A stretch of 64,000 bases of DNA from an uncultured Acidobacteriota bacterium (GTDB lineage Bacteria; Acidobacteriota; Terriglobia; Acidiferrales; UBA7541): contig CAWJHO010000003.1 in the NCBI GenBank assembly GCA_963842745.1, positions 639,544 through 703,543 on the forward strand, written 5' to 3'. Positions 36,212 through 44,134 of the stretch are shown in pieces (position 1 is the first letter of the stretch; each line of letters starts with the position of its first letter). The notes under the pieces are model-generated. The model was not told the DNA's origin and ran no database searches. It worked only from the letters and a program-made list of their open reading frames with translations. Made by a program: the position numbers and the translations under genes.

Positions 36212-37555
36212 ATGGCAAAAGAACTATTCGGCACGGATGGAATTCGCGGTGTTCCCGGAACGCCGCCGCTCGACGACCAGACCCTTTTCGCTACCGGACG
36301 CGCACTGGGCGATTTTCTGCGCCGCGAGCATGGCTCCGCGCATGCCCTGATCGGCATGGACACGCGTGAATCCGGTCCGCATATCGCGGCCGTGTTGGCA
36401 GCGGGTCTCGAGAAAGCCGGCGCGAGCACCGAGTTTGCCGGAGTCATCACCACTCCCGGGATTGCCTGTCTGGTGCGGCAGAATGACTTCCAGGCCGGCG
36501 TTGTGATCTCCGCATCGCACAACCCCTATCACGACAACGGCGTGAAATTGTTTTCGCATGCGGGCATGAAATTCCCCGATGCGGTGGAAGAGACGCTGGA
36601 AGCTGAGATTCTCCGCCTGCGCCCGGAGCAGGTCTCCGAAGGGCGTCCCGCGCTGGTGGCGAATCACGCCCGGCATGTGGAATACCTCGATTTTCTGCGC
36701 AGCCGCATGATCGACAACGCCAATCTTGCGGGCCTTCGCGTGGTTCTGGATTGCGCGAATGGAGCTGCCTACCAGTTGGGACCTGAGCTTTTTCGCGCAT
36801 TGCATGCTGATGTCGTGGCCACGGGCGTGCATCCTGATGGACGTAACATTAATGCTGGTTGCGGGTCACTGCATCTGGAGGGATTACGGAAACGCGTGCT
36901 TGCCGAGCGCGCGCGCCTTGGGGTGGCATTTGACGGCGATGCGGATCGTGCGCTGTTCGTCAGCGAGTCTGGGGATGTCGTCAATGGCGATGGCGTGCTG
37001 CTTGCCGTGGCGCGCTACCTGAAGGCACATCAATTACTCAAGAACCAGCGCGTGGTGGCAACTTCCATGTCCAATCTCGGCCTGGAGCGCGCGCTGGCGC
37101 ACGAGGGCATTTCACTGGCGCGGGCTGCCGTGGGCGATCGCTACGTTCTTGAGGAAATGCTGAAATCGGAAAACAACCTTGGTGGCGAGCAATCGGGCCA
37201 CATTATTTTCCTCGATGATAGTCCGGCAGGTGATGGCTTGCTCACCGCCGTGAAGGTCGCCTGCCTGGTGGCTTTGCGCGGATCGTTGGGATCCCTAGTG
37301 GAGGGTTTGAAAGAATATCCGCAGAAGATCGTGAACGTGAAAGTGAAATCGAAGCCGCCGCTCGATTCCCTGCCCGAAGTCGTTCGCGCGCTTGCTGAGG
37401 CAGAGGCTGCGCTTGGGGACAACGGCCGAATCGTGTTGCGCTACTCGGGCACCGAACCGCTGGCCCGCGTCATGGTGGAAGCGGAGCACGACGCGGATGT
37501 CCAGCGGTATTCGCAATCCATCGCTAACGCCCTACGTTCCTCGATCGGGGCCTGA
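36212..37555 (+). CDS. glmM: phosphoglucosamine mutase
   Basis: MAKELFGTDGIRG, the active-site ISASHNP motif, and GEQSGH. ATG 36212; the track start is at 36149. Confidence 0.95.
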   Translation: MAKELFGTDGIRGVPGTPPLDDQTLFATGRALGDFLRREHGSAHALIGMDTRESGPHIAAVLAAGLEKAGASTEFAGVITTPGIACLVRQNDFQAGVVISASHNPYHDNGVKLFSHAGMKFPDAVEETLEAEILRLRPEQVSEGRPALVANHARHVEYLDFLRSRMIDNANLAGLRVVLDCANGAAYQLGPELFRALHADVVATGVHPDGRNINAGCGSLHLEGLRKRVLAERARLGVAFDGDADRALFVSESGDVVNGDGVLLAVARYLKAHQLLKNQRVVATSMSNLGLERALAHEGISLARAAVGDRYVLEEMLKSENNLGGEQSGHIIFLDDSPAGDGLLTAVKVACLVALRGSLGSLVEGLKEYPQKIVNVKVKSKPPLDSLPEVVRALAEAEAALGDNGRIVLRYSGTEPLARVMVEAEHDADVQRYSQSIANALRSSIGA

Positions 37556-37621
37556 ACCGGCACATCCTGCAAGAAAACCTGCCTCCTTCGTTCAAAGGGG
37601 GATGCCGTAGGAGGCTATTCT

Positions 37622-38629
37622 ATGAGAAACGCTATCGTTTCGCTCCTTGCGAAGTTCCGTACGCTCTCCCCTGTTCGACGCGGGTTATTCGTAGTCCTGG
37701 CCGTCATCGTTGGCCTTCTTGTTTTTGCCCGAATGACTCCGCCACCAAGGAAATACGCAATTATGCCAGCGGCTGCGGACCAGAACACAGAGTCTGGGTC
37801 GAGCGAACTCCAAATGGAAGCCGGTCGTGCGAAGGAAGAATTGAAGGAGTACGCAAAGATGTCGCCCGCGCCATTACCATTGGACTCCCGCGACTTTCCG
37901 GCCAGCAGGGTGCCTGGAACCATGCTGCCGGGGGAACCGTTGATTGCGCATACGGCGGAACTTGCCGTGGCCACGAAAGAGTTCGCTAAGTCTCGGTCCT
38001 CCCTCGAAGAAATCCTCGACCGTCATCGGGGCTATGTGGCAAAACTCCGGATGGTAGGGAAGCCGACTGGCAGCACTCTCTCGGCGACCTTGCGCATTCC
38101 TTCTTCGGAATATGGCGCAACGTTAAGCGAGCTGAAGACTCTTGGCGAAGTCGAACGGGAGGAGGAGGCTGCCGATGAAATCACCCAACAACGTGCTGAC
38201 CTGGAAGCCCGCTTGACCAATGCCCAGAGCACGCTGCATCACTTGCAGGAACTGCTTAAGCAGCAGACGTATCCCGATCGCAACGTCATGGAGTTGCAGC
38301 GGCAGATTGCCAGCGTGAATGCAGACATCATTCGCCTGGAAGCGGACCGCCTCACGGCAGAACACCGCGTCGTCTTCGCGAATGTCCTCTTTGCATTGCG
38401 TGAGGAGATTACTCCGCCAACGGAGTCCCTTGGGGCACAGTTTCGCAACGCAGCCGTTGCTGGGTTTTCGGAAGCAGCCACGAGCCTCTCCACCTTGGTG
38501 CTATTCCTTATAAGCCGCGGGCCTGTCTTCCTCTTCTGGATCGTCATCCTGTATTTCCCCCTTCGATTTGTTTGGCGTCGTTGGCGGCCGGCCGAGCTTC
38601 AGGACGAAACGCCAGTCAGGAGCGTCTGA
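37622..38629 (+). CDS. DUF4349-like membrane-anchored protein
   Basis: N-terminal TM, a central coiled segment (LRIPSSEYGATLSELKTLGEV ... DLEARLTN) and a C-terminal TM pair. AGGAGG SD. Confidence 0.8.
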   Translation: MRNAIVSLLAKFRTLSPVRRGLFVVLAVIVGLLVFARMTPPPRKYAIMPAAADQNTESGSSELQMEAGRAKEELKEYAKMSPAPLPLDSRDFPASRVPGTMLPGEPLIAHTAELAVATKEFAKSRSSLEEILDRHRGYVAKLRMVGKPTGSTLSATLRIPSSEYGATLSELKTLGEVEREEEAADEITQQRADLEARLTNAQSTLHHLQELLKQQTYPDRNVMELQRQIASVNADIIRLEADRLTAEHRVVFANVLFALREEITPPTESLGAQFRNAAVAGFSEAATSLSTLVLFLISRGPVFLFWIVILYFPLRFVWRRWRPAELQDETPVRSV

Positions 38630-38914
38630 AAGGGATGCTGCGATTTGGGAACCTGCACTCTTCCCAAAGACTGTAGGAAAACGAGGGTGGGTCTGTGGGA
38701 TTCTGTAGATTGGACAGGTGACGAAGTGTCTTCGCAGAGGTTAAAATGGACTAAGTGCTTTGTTTCTAATATGAAAGTACTACTTCCGAAACTGGCATAG
38801 ACTTGGCAAAGCGCGTGCATTGTATCAAAACAATTCATGAGTTTGGCTTCCCGGGGTGGCTGGTACTCAACCTCGACTGAGTGTCCGGTTATTGGGGGGT
38901 CGAATCGATTAAAC

Positions 38915-38946
38915 AAGGGGGCTTGCACCGGCCCCCTTTATTTTTT
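38915..38946 (+). terminator. intrinsic terminator-like hairpin (possibly bidirectional)
   Basis: AAGGGGGC / GCCCCCTT 8-bp stem (38915-38922 / 38931-38938), then TATTTTTT on the plus strand. The minus-strand flank is TTGTTTAAT. Confidence 0.6.
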
Positions 38947-39016
38947 GTTCATGGCTTCCCCCGAGAGTGAAAACTGCTGAGATTCTCTGCCCTTCCCATA
39001 GCCTGAAAACTGGGTT

Positions 39017-39053
39017 CAAAAAAATGAGCGGCCGGTGGGGGTGCCGGCCGCTC
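39017..39053 (-). terminator. strong intrinsic terminator (minus strand)
   Basis: Perfect 10-bp stem GAGCGGCCGG / CCGGCCGCTC (39026-39035 / 39044-39053, 8-nt loop), followed on the minus strand by ATTTTTTTG. Confidence 0.8.
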
Positions 39054-39099
39054 TGGCGTGGGGGATGGAGGGTACGGACCTGAAGCTCGATTCGTCTCC

Positions 39100-39180
39100 T
39101 TAATGCTCTGGAGGGGTTGGCCGCTCAACTGCGCTCGCCAGCAGCAGAACGACACACAGGATTAAGATCCCTACGATCAT
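39100..39180 (-). CDS. candidate 26-aa hydrophobic peptide MIVGILILCVVLLLASAVERPTPPEH
   Basis: ATG 39180 with GGAG 8 nt upstream. In-frame TAA 9 codons upstream. TAA stop at 39100-39102. The terminator lies 46 nt downstream. Too short for the ORF track. Confidence 0.4.
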   Translation of the reverse strand: MIVGILILCVVLLLASAVERPTPPEH

Positions 39181-39467
39181 TCCACCCGCTCCAGGAGCCG
39201 AACTTAACTCCCGATCACATCCACAAGGATGCCGGACACGTGGAATTGCGTCACTAGTCCGCGGGGTTCATTCGCACCAGTACTTCACCCCGGGACTCTT
39301 GGGCTGTTTCTGTAGTACTCCCTTACCAGCGTGTCAGCGCAGCGATTTTTGGGGGAGCGCTTTGAACGCTCGTAGCCGCGGCGAAGCCCTTACGCAAATC
39401 ACCAGATCGTTTTTTCAAAATCCGCCTGCTTTCACTCGGCTCACGCCTGGGCTATGCTTTTAGCACC

Positions 39468-40745
39468 ATGCATGATTTAAGCTACTTCCGGGAACATCTG
39501 GACGTCTTCGCCGCTATGGCGAAGCGCCGCAACATCACAATCGACCTCGATGGTTTTCGCGCGCTGGACAAAGAGCGGCGTGAGCTGATTACTGAAAACG
39601 AGCATCGCAAGGCGCAACGCAATAAAGCCAGCGACGAAATCGCACGGCTCAAAAAAGAAAAACAGAGCGCGGACACCATCCTCGCGGAGATGAAGCAGCT
39701 TTCCGAACGCATCAAACTGGCCGACGAGCGCATCGCCGGACTGGACGCCACGCAACGTGAACTGCTGCTGACCATTCCGAACGTTCCGCATTCCAGCGTG
39801 CCTGCGGGCCATGGCCCCGAGGACAACCTGGAGGTGCGCCGCTGGGGTACGCCGCCGAAGTTCGATTTTCAACCAAAGCCTCACTGGGAGGTTGGGGAAC
39901 GCGCGGAAATCCTGGACCTGGAAGCGGCTGCGCGGATTACCGGCGCGCGGTTTGCCGTATACAAGGGCTGGGGAGCGCGGCTGGAGCGCGCGCTGGCGAA
40001 TTTCTTTTTGGATGTGCACACGCGCGAGCACGGCTACACGGAAATCCTGCCGCCTTTCTTGGTGAACACTGCTTCACTGCTGGCCGCGGGCCAACTGCCC
40101 AAGTTTGCCGCGGATCTTTTCAAGCTACAGGACACCGATTTCTGGCTGACGCCTACCTCCGAAGTGGAGCTACACAACCTCTATCGCGACACCACGCTCA
40201 CCGAGGAGCAGTTGCCAATTCTCGTGACCGCCTGGACTTCCTGCTTCCGCTCCGAAGCTGGCGCGGCGGGTAAAGATACACGGGGCATCCTGCGCCAGCA
40301 CCAGTTCCAGAAGGTGGAACTCTTCAAGTTCACGCATCCGGGAAAAAGCTACGACGAACACGAAGCCTTGGTGCGCAACGCTGAAACAATCTTGCAGAAA
40401 CTTGGATTGCACTATCGCACCGTGCTGCTCTGCTCAGGCGACATGGGTTTTGCTTCGGCAAAGACCTACGACCTGGAAGTCTGGCTGCCCTCGAGCAATG
40501 AATTCCGGGAAATTTCCTCCTGCTCGAACTGCGAAGCTTTTCAGGCGCGCCGAGCGGGCATCCGCTTTAAACCTAAGGCCGGCGGAAAGAGCGAGTTCGT
40601 GCATACGCTCAACGGATCAGGACTTGCCGTGGGGCGCACCTGGATTGCCTTGGTGGAGAATTACCAGCAGGCCGACGGTTCGATTGTGATCCCGGAAGCG
40701 CTTCGCCCGTATATGGGCGTTGAACAAATCCCGGCAGGGAAATAG
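39468..40745 (+). CDS. serS: seryl-tRNA synthetase
   Basis: 425 aa with an N-terminal coiled-coil arm and class II motifs (FRSEAGAAGKDTRGILRQHQFQKVE, GSGLAVGRT). Confidence 0.97.
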   Translation: MHDLSYFREHLDVFAAMAKRRNITIDLDGFRALDKERRELITENEHRKAQRNKASDEIARLKKEKQSADTILAEMKQLSERIKLADERIAGLDATQRELLLTIPNVPHSSVPAGHGPEDNLEVRRWGTPPKFDFQPKPHWEVGERAEILDLEAAARITGARFAVYKGWGARLERALANFFLDVHTREHGYTEILPPFLVNTASLLAAGQLPKFAADLFKLQDTDFWLTPTSEVELHNLYRDTTLTEEQLPILVTAWTSCFRSEAGAAGKDTRGILRQHQFQKVELFKFTHPGKSYDEHEALVRNAETILQKLGLHYRTVLLCSGDMGFASAKTYDLEVWLPSSNEFREISSCSNCEAFQARRAGIRFKPKAGGKSEFVHTLNGSGLAVGRTWIALVENYQQADGSIVIPEALRPYMGVEQIPAGK

Positions 40746-40982
40746 ACCCGAACGTCACGCCGGTGCGATTGTGGTCTGGCATGCGTAACTCGTGTGATTG
40801 CAATTACTTACGATCATTTCGAGCGTCGCCACGTGGTCGCCTCCGGCGGCCCTTTCGCCTCGCAACCTCTTGAAAGTACAGCTTTTTGTTTGACTCCCCG
40901 TTGGCCCCTGCATACACTCGCCTCAACGCCGTCCAAGGGATAGAGAGGTCGAGTGAGGCGGCGGCCACACTCACATTCAGAG

Positions 40983-41285
40983 ATGACATTTATTGCTCGC
41001 TTACTGCGGTTTGTATTCTGGGTCGTCGTGGTTTCCTGGGGCGTGGCGCTGCTGCGCCGCCTGGTGCAGCGCATGGGACAGGGCGCGGCACAATCGCAGG
41101 CGCCTGTGGATGTGCCGAATGACGCGATAACGCGGAAACTGGTGCGAGATCCAGTGTGCGGCATGCACATCGCCGAAGTGCTGGCGCTGCCGCTGCGGCA
41201 GGATGGCGAGTTGTTGCACTTTTGCTCCGCGGCCTGCCGGGATAAATATGTAAGCGAGACACGGAAGATAGCCGCGAACGGCTGA
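40983..41285 (+). CDS. membrane-anchored YHS/TRASH-domain protein
   Basis: One TM (LLRFVFWVVVVSWGVALL), then DPVCGMHI ... FCSAACRDKY. ATG 40983; the track start is at 40953. Confidence 0.75.
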   Translation: MTFIARLLRFVFWVVVVSWGVALLRRLVQRMGQGAAQSQAPVDVPNDAITRKLVRDPVCGMHIAEVLALPLRQDGELLHFCSAACRDKYVSETRKIAANG

Positions 41286-41370
41286 CGCCAAAAACTTTGT
41301 GGAAAGAAAAGTAGTTCAACGCAATAGCAAGGTGCTAGAAAATCCAGCGCAATGGAAAGGACCGAAGCTG

Positions 41371-42693
41371 ATGGCCACGGTCGCAAAACCTCAAGTCCCA
41401 ACCCGTCCGGTGGGCGCCCCTCCGATGGTGCCGCGGATCGCGCCGCGCGAAGAGCTAAATCCCTTCCGCATTGCGCAAATTCAATTTGATATGGCCGCAG
41501 AAGTCCTGAAACTGGATCCAGGACTTCGCCAGGTGTTGCGCACTCCCAAACGCATTCTGGAAGTGTCACTGCCGACGAAGATGGACAACGGCCAGGTGAA
41601 AGTGCTGACCGGCTTTCGCGTGCAACACAACATCGCGCGCGGGCCGGGAAAAGGCGGCATCCGTTTCCATCCCAACGTGACACTGGACGAAGTGAAAGCC
41701 CTGGCGGCGTGGATGACCTGGAAGACCGCCGTGGTGAATGTGCCGTTCGGCGGCGCGAAGGGCGGCGTCATCTGCGACCCGAAGCGCATGTCGAAGAGCG
41801 AGCTGGAGCGGCTCACGCGGCGGTTTGCCAGCGAGATTCTGCCGGTGATCGGGCCGGACAAGGATATTCCGGCGCCGGACGTCTATACCGATGCGCAGAC
41901 GATGGCCTGGATCATGGATACCTATTCCATGATGGTGGGCCACACTGTGCCGGGCGTGGTCACCGGGAAGCCCCTTTCGATTGGCGGCTCGGTTGGACGC
42001 GCGGAAGCGACGGCGCAGGGGCTGGTGTACGTCGTCGAGGAAGCCTGCAAGATGAAGAAGATCTCCTTGCGCGGCGCGACCGTGGCGATTCAGGGCTTTG
42101 GCAACGCCGGCGCCACAGCGGCGCGCCTTCTGGCGGATAGGAAAGCAAAGATTATTGCGTTGAGCGATACGCGCGGCGGCGTGACGAATTCGCGCGGCAT
42201 CGATCCAATCAAAGCCATCCGTTATAAGGAGCGCTCCGGGACGGTTGTCGGCATGCCCGGGGCTTCGCGCATTTCCAACGAAGACCTGCTGACGATGAAG
42301 TGCGACATCCTGGTGCCCGCGGCACTGGAAAGCGTGATCACGCTTCAGAACGCGGAAGCCGTGAAGGCACGCATCGTCGCCGAAGCGGCCAACGGGCCAA
42401 CCACACCGCACGCCGACGAAATTCTGGCGCGGCGCGGTATCACTATCTTGCCCGACATCCTGGCGAATGCCGGCGGCGTCACGGTCAGTTACTTCGAGTG
42501 GGTGCAGAACCAGGAAGGCCTGTTCTGGGATGTGGACGAAGTGAACTTGCGCTTGCAGAAGATCATGGTGCGGGCCTTCCACGACATGGTGGACGCCATG
42601 CGCAAGCACCACGTGCCCCCGCGCGCGGGCGCCATGGTCCTCGCGGTCAGCCGCGTCGCCGAAGCCACGCTGGTCCGCGGCCTCTTCCCGTGA
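41371..42693 (+). CDS. gdh: glutamate dehydrogenase (Glu/Leu/Phe/Val dehydrogenase family)
   Basis: KGGIRFHPNVTLDEVKALAAWMTWKTAVVNVPFGGAKGGV active-site region and the GFGNAG dinucleotide fold. ATG 41371; the track start is at 41299. Confidence 0.93.
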   Translation: MATVAKPQVPTRPVGAPPMVPRIAPREELNPFRIAQIQFDMAAEVLKLDPGLRQVLRTPKRILEVSLPTKMDNGQVKVLTGFRVQHNIARGPGKGGIRFHPNVTLDEVKALAAWMTWKTAVVNVPFGGAKGGVICDPKRMSKSELERLTRRFASEILPVIGPDKDIPAPDVYTDAQTMAWIMDTYSMMVGHTVPGVVTGKPLSIGGSVGRAEATAQGLVYVVEEACKMKKISLRGATVAIQGFGNAGATAARLLADRKAKIIALSDTRGGVTNSRGIDPIKAIRYKERSGTVVGMPGASRISNEDLLTMKCDILVPAALESVITLQNAEAVKARIVAEAANGPTTPHADEILARRGITILPDILANAGGVTVSYFEWVQNQEGLFWDVDEVNLRLQKIMVRAFHDMVDAMRKHHVPPRAGAMVLAVSRVAEATLVRGLFP

Positions 42694-42941
42694 TGATAGG
42701 CTGAACCTGAGTCATCCTTGATTCCTGAGACGCACGGACTCTTTCCTTTTCCCAAATTCATCGACCCGGACCGGAAGGTCCTTTTGTCTTTCCGGCAAGT
42801 GAAAAACTCCTTGCAGGGAGAAAATAGTGCGCGTACATTCGCAAGTGCCGGGCGTTTTCTGGTGCGCGGTCAGGAAAGGGCGCGCCAGGCAAAACGTGAC
42901 CGGCTATTTTCTTCACGGAACATGAGCAAACTCGGACGATC

Positions 42942-43829
42942 GTGAGCCATCTTCATACACAAGGGATCGCCGCCCCGCCCATTCTGCTGGCTATCGGGGG
43001 ATTTGATCCGAGCTGCGGCGGGGGCGTCGGCGCGGATCTCAAGACTTTTGCTGCCCACGGCTGCTACGGGGTGGCGGCCATTACTTCGTTGACGGTGCAG
43101 AACACCCAGGGCGTGGAAGCCATCCATAACACGCCCAGCGCGGAATTGCGCGAACAACTGGAAGTCCTGACCAAAGATTGCGACATTGCCGCTGTGAAAA
43201 TCGGCATGCTGGGTAACCGTGGAAACGCCGTTGTCGTGGCGGAGTTTCTCGACGCCAACAAATTTGTCCACGTAGTGCACGATCCCGTGATGCGCTCCTC
43301 CAGCGATTCCGAACTGCTGGATGCGACCGGAATCAAGTTCCTGGCCACGGAACTCCTGAAACGGTGCAGCGTGATCACGCCAAACATTCAGGAAGCGGAG
43401 ATTCTATCCGGCCTCACGATCAAGGACGTGGGGGACATGGAAGCGGCGGCGCGCAAGCTGGTGGAAATGGGCGCGCACGCTGTAATTGTAAAGGGCGGCC
43501 ACATGGAAAAGGCCGTGGACGTCCTCTTTGATGGCAACGAACTCCACCTTCTGAGCGGCGACAGGGTGAAGCTGGAGCACACACACGGAACCGGCTGCAC
43601 CTTCGCCTCGGCCATTGCCGCACAACTGGCTGCCGGAAGGTCGCTGCTGGAGGCGACCACGCTGGCCAAGGCCTATGTGATGAAGGCCATCGAACGAGCT
43701 TATCCCGTAGGGAAGGGGCGGTTACCGCTCGACCACTTTTACCGCATGAAGATTGAACCGCTCACGCGGGGAACGCATGAGGTGCCGCAGCACGGGTTTC
43801 ATCCTGCGGCCGAACCCGCGGCGCACTGA
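42942..43829 (+). CDS. thiD: hydroxymethylpyrimidine/phosphomethylpyrimidine kinase
   Basis: ILLAIGGFDPSCGGGVGADLKTF, VKIGML and GTGCTFASAIAAQLA motifs. GTG start. Confidence 0.93.
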   Translation: MSHLHTQGIAAPPILLAIGGFDPSCGGGVGADLKTFAAHGCYGVAAITSLTVQNTQGVEAIHNTPSAELREQLEVLTKDCDIAAVKIGMLGNRGNAVVVAEFLDANKFVHVVHDPVMRSSSDSELLDATGIKFLATELLKRCSVITPNIQEAEILSGLTIKDVGDMEAAARKLVEMGAHAVIVKGGHMEKAVDVLFDGNELHLLSGDRVKLEHTHGTGCTFASAIAAQLAAGRSLLEATTLAKAYVMKAIERAYPVGKGRLPLDHFYRMKIEPLTRGTHEVPQHGFHPAAEPAAH

Positions 43830-43877
43830 AGAAGAATTTCGGAGCTCAGGCTCCTCCGAGCTCGATAAGGAGGGCAT

Positions 43878-44051
43878 GTGCAGAGAATCTTCCGATGTGA
43901 AAACTGTCAGCGTGGGATGCGTGTAGTCGGATCCACGGGGCTGGGAAAAGAAGTCGAGCGCATGGTGCTCTGCCCTTACTGTAAAACCAAAAATAAAGTG
44001 ATGTGGCCGCAGGGCGACAAGTTCAACGTGCAGCGCATCGCCACGCGCTAG
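43878..44051 (+). CDS. candidate 57-aa four-Cys zinc-ribbon protein
   Basis: A GTG start 4 nt after a consensus AAGGAGG (43867-43873) gives MQRIFRCENCQRGMRVVGSTGLGKEVERMVLCPYCKTKNKVMWPQGDKFNVQRIATR, with a CxxC ... CxxC pattern. Below the ORF-track size cut-off. Confidence 0.5.
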   Translation: MQRIFRCENCQRGMRVVGSTGLGKEVERMVLCPYCKTKNKVMWPQGDKFNVQRIATR

Positions 44052-44134
44052 GCTACTTTTCACTCCTCAGTTCTTCTACGCGTCCCCTCCGCGCCGTTTG
44101 TACCTATCAACGGATCAGCCCGGGCAACCTTACG

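Noticed and set aside
38599-38928. 109-aa minus-strand ORF in the AT-rich gap
   Set aside because: It starts inside a terminator hairpin with GTG and no SD. It overlaps the end of the DUF4349 gene. Third-position GC is only about 53%, and I recognise no motif.
38885-39110. tRNA/tmRNA-like strings (GGGGGGTCGAATCG at 38895-38908; minus-strand GGAGACGAATCGAGC... near 39075-39100)
   Set aside because: No complementary T-stem, acceptor stem or tmRNA 5'/3' pairing could be drawn. The second string lies in the mini-ORF-to-terminator spacer, between the stop codon and the terminator.
41566-42612. 348-aa minus-strand ORF opposite gdh, and 40814..41683 (289 aa) spanning the YHS gene and the gdh start
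   Set aside because: Shadow ORFs. The plus-strand products carry diagnostic Gdh and YHS motifs.
42694-42941. Possible TPP riboswitch upstream of thiD (GAACCTGA and CTGAGA strings present)
   Set aside because: The two boxes occur in the wrong order and spacing relative to the THI-box consensus (CUGAGA must precede ACCUGA), and no GGGG...ACCC helix frames them. I consider this a chance match. An Rfam scan would settle it.
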